Source: Nitrospina sp. UBA6727 (GTDB lineage: Bacteria; Nitrospinota; Nitrospinia; Nitrospinales; VA-1). From it: a stretch of 64,000 nt of DNA. This document shows positions 56,823 to 64,000 of the stretch, piece by piece. The notes beneath the pieces are model-generated. The model worked only from the letters and a program-made list of their open reading frames with translations. It searched no databases and was not told the DNA's origin. The stretch is taken from positions 6,259-70,258 of the forward strand of contig DKID01000004.1 of the NCBI GenBank assembly GCA_002454045.1. Direction: 5' to 3'. Made by a program: the position numbers and the translations under genes. Positions within the stretch are counted from its first letter, which is position 1, and each line of letters begins with the position of its first letter.

Positions 56823-57635
56823 CTACTTGGCGGTCAGCGTGAAATTGGCTTTTGCCTCGCCATCACTGACTGTGATGTCCATCGTGGATTCGCCAACATA
56901 GGGTTGCCACGCGGTCACTTTGTACTTGCCGGCGGGAATCCCGTCAATTTTGAAGGCGCCGTCAGCACCTGTGAGGGCGTAGTAAGGATTCCACACGATG
57001 CGCGCGTCGGCTTCCATGAAGTTGTGTTGGTCGCATTGTAGAAAAAAATGTTTGTCTTTCTTTTTCTTGAACCGCGCAATATTTTTGGTGACGTCTGCGA
57101 CGTCGCCTTTGTTTGGCAACGGTTTGTTGAACAGTGTTTTGCGGCTCGCACCGGCTATCGAATACCCGTGCGGATTGTGGAGAATGTCGGGGTCATGGTT
57201 CACAATTTTCACTAGGCCGCCTGCTTTTTTCTCGGCTTTGGAAGGTTTGCGGATGACGCCCATTTTTTGTCTGATGTCGCATTTCTCGAAATCGAAAACC
57301 ATCTTGCCGCCGTCGCCCCAAGGCTTGCCGGATTCAATATTTTCGATGAAGACGACGGCGTCTTTCAACTTGCCGTCGGTGGCTGTGACTTTGACGCGGG
57401 GTCTTATCCCGCCTTCTTTGGTGTCGGGATGCGTGACGCAGAACTCAACGTTTTTGCCTTTGTTCAAGTCTTCCATGATGGGCGCCATCACTTTGCCTTT
57501 GACCATGACGGTGCCGCTGATGGAACCTGCGCCGGCGGAACTTTCTTTGTATTTATATTTCGCCGCAAAACTAGTGGAAACTGCCAACGCTATCGTCAGC
57601 GAAGCAACCACCGCACCTAAAACAATCTTCTTCAT
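56823..57635 (-). CDS. Secreted amicyanin-like cupredoxin plus CarboxypepD_reg-like beta-sandwich protein (paralogue C)
   Basis: ATG 57635 has an AGGAGG RBS. The leader is MKKIVLGAVVASLTIALAVSTSFA. Candidate Cu ligands are ..NHDPDILHN.. and CDQHNFM (nt 57015-57035). The C-terminal part is ..VWNPYYALTGADGAFKIDGIPAGKYKVTAWQ... It starts 59 nt downstream of the giant MCO. Confidence 0.7.
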   Translation of the reverse strand: MKKIVLGAVVASLTIALAVSTSFAAKYKYKESSAGAGSISGTVMVKGKVMAPIMEDLNKGKNVEFCVTHPDTKEGGIRPRVKVTATDGKLKDAVVFIENIESGKPWGDGGKMVFDFEKCDIRQKMGVIRKPSKAEKKAGGLVKIVNHDPDILHNPHGYSIAGASRKTLFNKPLPNKGDVADVTKNIARFKKKKDKHFFLQCDQHNFMEADARIVWNPYYALTGADGAFKIDGIPAGKYKVTAWQPYVGESTMDITVSDGEAKANFTLTAK

Positions 57636-57694
57636 TTCTTTTTTTCCTCCTAATAGAAATTCAAAAATACATCGCACACGTTCGTCTGTGCTTA

Positions 57695-60600
57695 TCACAT
57701 CGCCCGCTCATCGTCCTTGGTTCGGGAAGCGGATTTTTCTACTTCTTGCTGCGGCTGGGACGCAGTCTTCACGCCCTTCATCGTCGCTTTGCCCAACGGC
57801 AAAATGGAGCGGTCGCCTTCTGGCAACACTTTGAAATATCCCCATTGGCCTGCTTGCTGATACGGCGTTCTCGCGTTCAACCATAAGTAGGTGCCGGGAT
57901 TATTATAGGTTCCGCCGGCGGTGGTGTAGGCTTGAATATACTCGGCGGCGCCGAATTGCTCGGCGTCGATCATGTCGGAACCTTCTTGGTCCATGTGACG
58001 ACGCCACTGGTGACCGTCTAGATTGAACACTTGGTTCTGCTCGTTATGCGCGCCGAAAATGTTGATCATGATTCGGTCTCCGGCGTGGGCTTTCAACGTC
58101 GGTGTCGCCGGGTCGGAATCCGCCGCGACGCAAGCCGTGAACATATTGCCCAATTCGCAACCTTCATCTTCGCGATAGAGCCACGGCTCCAAGCGATAGT
58201 TGACGCCCGTCAAGCCCGCCACGTTTTGCAGGTAAGGCATGAAGGACGTACCGATGATGTTGTCCTCGTCTTGAAAATACAAAGCGAAGTCGCGGTAGTT
58301 ATCGATGTTCGCATTTTCGGGATACGACTTATCGATGATGACGTCGGCTTTCCAGGAATTGCCGAGCGAAATATCTTTCCCGGTCTCGGGGTCGCGATAC
58401 ACCGAACCGCGCGGGCCGATGATGATGCCGCCGTATAAACCGTCGCGGATGTTCGTCGTTAGGTTGCCGAAATCCCACAGCAACGCGCCGTTGATTTTGA
58501 ACCCGGGGTGCGCGTAGAACGTATAGTTTTTCGATTTGCCCGGCGCCACCGTTTGGTCGCCGCGGTTATTCCCCACGTTGATGCCTTGGGAATCTTTGGG
58601 GTCAAACGCGATGTTGTTCGCGTGGATGGACACCCTGCCTTCTTTCAGGCGGTTGGTCAATTTGATTTTGACGCAGTCGCCGATGTTGACGCGCAAGGTC
58701 AACGGATGCGGCATGTGTCCTTCTTCCGCCGCCTGCTTGACTTCGCCTTCCAGCGTAAAAATTTTCGCGCTGGCATTGGCAAGCAGAAGTTTGCGTTCAA
58801 AGTCAACTTCAATTTCATCTTCCGCGTTGGGATGAAACTTCAATGCTTTGTCGATGGCGATGACGCTGAATTTTTTAACCGGCGCACTTTTCGCGCACAA
58901 AGTCTTCTTAACTTTTTTCTTGAAGTCTTCGTTGCCGGGGAGAACCTGTAAATCTTTTTGCATCTCATCATGCACGCGGATAATCCCCCAACTCCCTTCG
59001 GACAACTTGGAAGTTCGCCCGTTATAGTACAGATAGTCGCCGGCCATTTGCTGGAAGCCGCCGGCTTTGGTGGGCAGGTCGTAGCGTTCGGCAATGCCGA
59101 CATGAATCGTGTTCGTCACGCGGGAGTCGCGGTCGTATCGTTCCGGCCGATAACCATGCCCCGACACCGCAAAAGTGTGGGTCTCGTTTTGCATGCCCGC
59201 CAAAAGTCGGAAGACGATGTTGTCGCCGACATAAGCCCTCAACATGGGCGTGGAGGGGTCGCCGTGTGTCTTGCTGTGGAACACTTTGGAGGCGTCTTTG
59301 TTGCTCGCAAGTCGCGACGCCAACGAGGCGGCTCTGAAATTAAAAGCGCCGCCGGTGGTGTGAGTCCCGCCGTTCAGCAGCGGGAAGGCGACTTCCAACA
59401 TGTCGGAGGGCATCTGAAAAGAAATCGACTGCCCCGCGGCGATGGCGTTCTCGCGCGTTAGTCCCGGCGGATTTCCCGCGGTCACCAACTGCGCGGTGTG
59501 CGGGACGGTGTCGTTCACTTGCGCCACCAATTCGCGGAAACTTCCTTGCGTGTTGTAGCCGACAATTTCGGTGCTGTGAATGTCGGCCACTGGGCCGCTG
59601 CGAATTTGCTTGCCGGTTTTCGGGTCGTGATAGGTGGACCCCCACGGTTCGGCAATCGTGGAGCCGATGCCGCCGTGTGGCCAAGTGGTCGCGCCGAAAG
59701 CGTGGTCGTGCCAAAACACTAAACCTAAATCGACGTCCACCCACCAGCGGTAACGCACATATTCAGTCGTGACAATCTGTCCTTTTTTGTGCGTGTGCGT
59801 CATTCCCTCGGTGAACTTAATTGTGTACTTGCCGTCTTTGGATGGACCTTTGTTCGGGTCGGGCGAGATGCTTTTAATCCAGCGGGCGTCTTTCCCGTTC
59901 GGGACTTCAATGCCGACGATGATGTCGGCGCCGACGTGGTAGGTGGGCGAATGTTCCGCCATCTGAATTTGGATTGTGTCGTCGCCGGGTTTCGTCGCCT
60001 TCAACAATTTGGCATTCATCGGCACCGGCATGCCGACGTGATGCCCGTCTTTCATTTTCTTGGTGAACTGTTTGTAAGACCGCATCGATTGGTCGTAGGA
60101 AAAACCGGTGATGACGCCGTCGGAGGCTTGATTGTCAAACTGGAAAAAGTGCGGATGAATGTTCACCTTGGACATTTGGAAGTTGGTGAAATCGTCGTCG
60201 TCCCATTCGCTGGACAACAACACGTCAACGCAGTCATACACGTTGGCGCGGATGACCAGCGGATAAGCCTTCTTCGGGTCGGCTTTCACCGCCGCCATAT
60301 CTTCATCGATGACGTAGATCAAACCGTATTTGTCGATGACCGGCGCGGTCTTCCCGACTTGCCCGGTAAGTTCAATCGGCGTGTTGATGAAATGCAGATT
60401 GTATTGTTTGCGCCCGGCGCCTTTCGGACAAAGGCTCCATCGCCCCTGCTCGCCCGGTTTTGCCGGCGCGCTACTTTCTATGTTCGCGGCGGAACGCCCG
60501 CTGCCGGATTCCGTCTTGGCGATGATCTCGTCGTCCGTCTGCAAATGGAATGGTTCCAGCCATGGCGCGCCGCCGTGATGACGGGCGAACGGAACGCGCT

Positions 60601-62647
60601 TGCCAAAATGCGGGGCTAGATGCGGCCACGCTAGTTTGCCGTGCTGGTCAAACTGGATCGGATGACGCTTGCCGGGATGCGGCGATTTGTACTTCGGCCA
60701 CTCGACCACCGTTTCCCGCTCGGACAAAACCCGATTGCCCTTCCAAGCGTAATCCCACACCGAGCCGTCATACGCCTTAATCTGTTTGATCGGGTCGTCG
60801 TGGTGACCGGGCTGCCCCTGCGGCGGGAGCATATACTTCACCCAATCTTTGATGTTGACCACGGGAATTTCTTTGCTCCAATCGCTTTTGCCTTTGCCGA
60901 CAATTTTGAATTTCTTGCCGAACCAATCCATCGTCTTGCCGACGAGTTTGTCGGACGATTGTCCATGCGGAATTCTCCCGGCACGGTCGGGCAGTTCTAG
61001 CAACGGACGCATGACGTCGGTGCTACCCGTCGGATAGTTGCCGTCTTGCAGGACGTTATACACCCGCCAATATCCCCACATCCCCGCGACATAATGATGC
61101 GCAACGTGGCAATGAAATAGGAAGTCGCCCGCCAAACGCTGACAAAGTCCGGAGCCGCATTCGGTTTCCAAATCCATCACTTCCGAGGGACCAATCACCT
61201 GCACGTCGACGCGGTCGGAAGTCGTCCGGATGACGGGATACTTCACGGGGCCGTCGTAACCCGCCGTGGTCAAGTTGAGCAACTGTTGCTTTTCGCGTTG
61301 CGGGGAACGTGTCCAGCGGATGGTTCCGCCGTGCGGATGGTGGGAATGGAACACCTCGCCGCCGCCGTGCACAAGGCGAAACTTGGCGGGGTCGCCTAAG
61401 TAGGAACGCGGAATCGTGGTCGGAGCGTCGCCGAAGGTGTAGGAGCTGTACGCCAGCGACTCGTCTTCAAAATGAAATTTCTTTTCCTGCACGGCGAGAT
61501 TATTGATGCCGAACGGCTCGGAGCGAAAGTTTAAGGCGCGCGCCGATGGACGGTATGCGTCCGTCTGCGGGTCGCGTTGCGGAATCATTTCGCCGTGGCG
61601 GTTGAGCGGACGAAATGATTCGTCGCCGACTTCGTGATACATCAGGGTAAATTCGCGGAAATCTTTGGCGTCGTCGTTGACGATCATCGCCATCCAACCG
61701 CTTTCCAGGGGACCGCCGGTCCACGGGTCTAGGTAGCGGGAACCGCGCGGCTCAACGATGAACGTCCCGATTAATCCCAGTGAGGAAGGGTCGCGGCCGG
61801 CGTGATTTTGGATCATGTGCCCGCCTTCCTGTTCGTCAATCGGAACATACCATTCGTATTCTTGCGTCTCGCCCGCCGCCACGATGGAGCCCGGCGTGGC
61901 CGCCGTGTTGGGCTGACCGGTGGAACTGATGATCATCGCGGAACCGTTTATCTGAAAACCGGCGTCTTCATCTTCCAACTGATTGGTGAATTTTACGCGG
62001 ACGCATTCTCCTTGATTGCCGCGGATGACCAAGGGTTGGATGGCGTCGCCTTGGAGTCCGTTGGAAACCGCGCCGGGGTCTAACCCGTCTTCACGCGCCG
62101 CCGCGTTCTTTTTTTCTTCGGCGCGAACTTTCTCGATGTCTTGTTCCAGAATGTACATGTAACCGGGATAATAATCGCCCCATTGGTTGAGGGTAATTTC
62201 CACGTTGATGGCGGCGACGTTATATTGTTTCGTGGGGATGTTGCTGGGACAGTGCGCGCCTCTGTACACTTTGGCGGCGGCGTCGGTGGGACCGAGGAGA
62301 TAACTTTGCCCTAACTGGTGAGCAGCCCATGAGTCGTTGAATCCCCCGCCCGTTGCGGCCGGGCTGGCGTGCTCTTTTAATTTGGATTTTAACTGGTCCA
62401 TAACTTTCATCATGGTGTTGTCCAGTTTTTCCTGATTGCCTTCCAGTCCCGACATCAAATCTTCATGCGCGAGTTGCTTCTCAAGTTTTTCCAACCACGC
62501 CGGTTTTTCCACCGCGGAGTTGGCGGAACCGTGACCGTCATGGTCCATCGAAACCGCGCCGACGGGGGCGCCGAATCCCAACGCCGAAAGCGAAAGAGTG
62601 ACCGCTAACGCACAAAAGTTTTTCCATCCTTTTTTGACACCAAACAT
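57695..62647 (-). CDS. Giant (1650 aa) secreted multicopper-oxidase-like protein built from three tandem MCO-like modules
   Basis: It has a Sec-type leader (..FCALAVTLSLSALGFGAPVGA) and a canonical T1/T3 motif HCHVAHHYVAGM (res 512-523, nt 61079-61114). Other motifs are HSHHPH (434-439), HPH (831-833) and WHDH (979-982). Module-opening and module-closing motifs each recur three times (see findings). Confidence 0.85.
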   Translation of the reverse strand: MFGVKKGWKNFCALAVTLSLSALGFGAPVGAVSMDHDGHGSANSAVEKPAWLEKLEKQLAHEDLMSGLEGNQEKLDNTMMKVMDQLKSKLKEHASPAATGGGFNDSWAAHQLGQSYLLGPTDAAAKVYRGAHCPSNIPTKQYNVAAINVEITLNQWGDYYPGYMYILEQDIEKVRAEEKKNAAAREDGLDPGAVSNGLQGDAIQPLVIRGNQGECVRVKFTNQLEDEDAGFQINGSAMIISSTGQPNTAATPGSIVAAGETQEYEWYVPIDEQEGGHMIQNHAGRDPSSLGLIGTFIVEPRGSRYLDPWTGGPLESGWMAMIVNDDAKDFREFTLMYHEVGDESFRPLNRHGEMIPQRDPQTDAYRPSARALNFRSEPFGINNLAVQEKKFHFEDESLAYSSYTFGDAPTTIPRSYLGDPAKFRLVHGGGEVFHSHHPHGGTIRWTRSPQREKQQLLNLTTAGYDGPVKYPVIRTTSDRVDVQVIGPSEVMDLETECGSGLCQRLAGDFLFHCHVAHHYVAGMWGYWRVYNVLQDGNYPTGSTDVMRPLLELPDRAGRIPHGQSSDKLVGKTMDWFGKKFKIVGKGKSDWSKEIPVVNIKDWVKYMLPPQGQPGHHDDPIKQIKAYDGSVWDYAWKGNRVLSERETVVEWPKYKSPHPGKRHPIQFDQHGKLAWPHLAPHFGKRVPFARHHGGAPWLEPFHLQTDDEIIAKTESGSGRSAANIESSAPAKPGEQGRWSLCPKGAGRKQYNLHFINTPIELTGQVGKTAPVIDKYGLIYVIDEDMAAVKADPKKAYPLVIRANVYDCVDVLLSSEWDDDDFTNFQMSKVNIHPHFFQFDNQASDGVITGFSYDQSMRSYKQFTKKMKDGHHVGMPVPMNAKLLKATKPGDDTIQIQMAEHSPTYHVGADIIVGIEVPNGKDARWIKSISPDPNKGPSKDGKYTIKFTEGMTHTHKKGQIVTTEYVRYRWWVDVDLGLVFWHDHAFGATTWPHGGIGSTIAEPWGSTYHDPKTGKQIRSGPVADIHSTEIVGYNTQGSFRELVAQVNDTVPHTAQLVTAGNPPGLTRENAIAAGQSISFQMPSDMLEVAFPLLNGGTHTTGGAFNFRAASLASRLASNKDASKVFHSKTHGDPSTPMLRAYVGDNIVFRLLAGMQNETHTFAVSGHGYRPERYDRDSRVTNTIHVGIAERYDLPTKAGGFQQMAGDYLYYNGRTSKLSEGSWGIIRVHDEMQKDLQVLPGNEDFKKKVKKTLCAKSAPVKKFSVIAIDKALKFHPNAEDEIEVDFERKLLLANASAKIFTLEGEVKQAAEEGHMPHPLTLRVNIGDCVKIKLTNRLKEGRVSIHANNIAFDPKDSQGINVGNNRGDQTVAPGKSKNYTFYAHPGFKINGALLWDFGNLTTNIRDGLYGGIIIGPRGSVYRDPETGKDISLGNSWKADVIIDKSYPENANIDNYRDFALYFQDEDNIIGTSFMPYLQNVAGLTGVNYRLEPWLYREDEGCELGNMFTACVAADSDPATPTLKAHAGDRIMINIFGAHNEQNQVFNLDGHQWRRHMDQEGSDMIDAEQFGAAEYIQAYTTAGGTYNNPGTYLWLNARTPYQQAGQWGYFKVLPEGDRSILPLGKATMKGVKTASQPQQEVEKSASRTKDDERAM

Positions 62648-62763
62648 TTCTGCCTCCTAAAAATAGTGCGCTAAAAATGGCTACACGAAAACCGCCGATG
62701 CTATTCTTCGCAAACTTTGCGGCGAACCCGCCGTATCATTTCGGATAGACAACCCTACCAAAT

Positions 62764-64000
62764 TTATTTTGCTCTCGCAAGTTCCAGATGGAATTTGTCG
62801 CCATTTCTCCAAACCAGCAGAAAGAGCGGGCTTCCTTCCCGAACTTTTTCCACTAGCCCGCCGAATTTGCGGCGACTTTCCACGGTCTCGCCGTTGACCG
62901 CGACGATTAAATCCCCCGACCGCAATCCCTTGGAAGTGGCGGGGCTTGCCGGGTCAACTCGCACCACCAAAGCCCCGGCGGGCAGGTTCGTCCCATTTTC
63001 GGAATCCGCCACGGTGAACCCCAGTCCCAGTTCCGACGACTGCACCGGCGGCAAAGTCGCCAACTGCGTCATCCTCTTTTTCCGCGACTCCAATTTGACG
63101 GGCACCACTTTGTACTTGTCCTCACGGAGAATATCCAGGTTGATGGTCTGCCCCGGCGTGATTGCGCCAATCACCCGGATCATGCTGTTCGGCGAGTTGA
63201 TGGCTAATCCGCCAATCTTCAAAATGATGTCCCCGACGCGGAGCCCCGCCACGTCCGCCGGGTCTCCCTCAAAAATAGAATTGATGACGACGCCTTCGCC
63301 CGCCCGCGCCTTCGCCAGCCGCTTCGCCACGTCCTCCGAAACCGGGTCGATGCCGACGCCGAGCCAGCCGCGGCGCACCTCGCCGTGTTCCACCAACTGC
63401 TCCACCACATGCTTGACCATGTTCGACGGAATGGAAAAGCCGATGTTCTGCGCGTAGTTGATGATCGCCGTGTTGATGCCAATTACTTCCCCCCTGATGT
63501 TGAGCAACGGGCCGCCGCTGTTGCCCGGATTGATGGAGGCGTCCGTCTGGATGAAATCTTCGTAGCGGGAAAGATTGACGTTCTCCCGCTTCAGTCCGCT
63601 GACGATGCCAAAAGTTGTGGTGTCGTTGAGCCCGTAAGGATTCCCCACCGCGACCACCAACTGCCCGACGCGGACTTCGCTGGAGTCGCCAAACTTAACT
63701 TCGGCAAGCGGCGTCGCGGATGAAATGTGAACGACCGCCAAGTCGGTGTCTTCGTCAACGCCCAACACTTCGCCGACAATCACCCGACCGTCCGTGAGAG
63801 TCACCTTGATGCTCTCGACGCCGCGCACCACGTGGCTGTTGGTAACGACGAAACCACGCGCGGCGTCATAGATCACCCCCGCGCCGGCGTTGACCGGTGG
63901 TCGCCCGCGGCCGGGCAGTCCTTGCGAGACGGCACCGTCGGCGACATGGGGCGACAGGCTGACGACCGCGGGACGAACTCGGTCGGCGAGTTCCACCAAC
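62764..64000 (-). CDS. htrA: HtrA/DegP-family periplasmic serine protease with two PDZ domains. The N-terminus lies beyond the right window edge.
   Basis: ..TDASINPGNSGGPLLN.. carries the catalytic Ser. PDZ1 is ..GVVINSIFEGDPADVAGLRVGDIILKIGG.. and PDZ2 is ..ALVVRVDPASPATSKGLRSGDLIVAVNGE... The ORF is open to the window end. Confidence 0.9.
   Translation of the reverse strand, partial: LVELADRVRPAVVSLSPHVADGAVSQGLPGRGRPPVNAGAGVIYDAARGFVVTNSHVVRGVESIKVTLTDGRVIVGEVLGVDEDTDLAVVHISSATPLAEVKFGDSSEVRVGQLVVAVGNPYGLNDTTTFGIVSGLKRENVNLSRYEDFIQTDASINPGNSGGPLLNIRGEVIGINTAIINYAQNIGFSIPSNMVKHVVEQLVEHGEVRRGWLGVGIDPVSEDVAKRLAKARAGEGVVINSIFEGDPADVAGLRVGDIILKIGGLAINSPNSMIRVIGAITPGQTINLDILREDKYKVVPVKLESRKKRMTQLATLPPVQSSELGLGFTVADSENGTNLPAGALVVRVDPASPATSKGLRSGDLIVAVNGETVESRRKFGGLVEKVREGSPLFLLVWRNGDKFHLELARAK

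Noticed and set aside
56998-60619. Large plus-strand ORFs (56998..57834, 278 aa; 59789..60619, 276 aa; and others) opposite paralogue C and the giant MCO.
   Set aside because: These are antisense shadows. The minus-strand frames carry the Cu-ligand motifs and the threefold internal repeat structure.
62717-63457. 246-aa plus-strand ORF.
   Set aside because: It is antisense to htrA (catalytic GNSGGPL and two PDZ domains are on the minus strand).

Overview
This is a 64-kb chromosomal window from a diderm (Gram-negative-type) bacterium. The core is moderately GC-rich. I cannot fix the taxon from the sequence alone.

About two thirds is ordinary housekeeping DNA, in this order:
- gltB-gltD (gltD is cut by the left edge), leuA, cmoA, an FmdB-type zinc ribbon, tRNA-Pro(CGG) and a DnaJ-like co-chaperone.
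- A DUF1566 protein and an OppB/OppC permease pair split by an AT-rich recQ.
- A UbiD-family decarboxylase, uvrA and a complete F1Fo ATP synthase operon (atpI-like-BEFHAGDC).
- A ferredoxin, then holB-PSP1-metG-TatD, with TatD fused to a radical-SAM domain.
- DUF423, a di-haem cytochrome c peroxidase, msrA, an SPFH protein, a HEAT-repeat/GT2 pair, a polyprenyl-PP synthase, a SPOR protein and argS.

From about 43.4 kb to the right edge the content looks accessory and is centred on copper and haem:
- An AT-richer segment carries a CopA-type multicopper oxidase (MCO) fused to a CopB-like outer-membrane C-terminus.
- A family-4 UDG follows.
- A Lol-like ABC/LolA-like/beta-barrel operon and a TlpA-like thioredoxin follow.
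- Last comes a convergent redox cluster: a cupredoxin-like protein plus a tri-haem cytochrome c fused to an EB_dh/DOMON-like domain, facing a second cupredoxin-like paralogue plus a 1650-aa three-module MCO, with HtrA upstream.
- A third cupredoxin-like paralogue, fused to TPRs, is translationally coupled to the polyprenyl synthase at 39.2 kb.

I consider this Cu/haem cluster the best candidate for an uncharacterised system.

I saw no CRISPR array, rRNA, transposase or integrase. All homology calls come from reading the supplied or hand-made translations and recognising motifs. No database search was run. GC statements are spot counts on single 60-nt lines.
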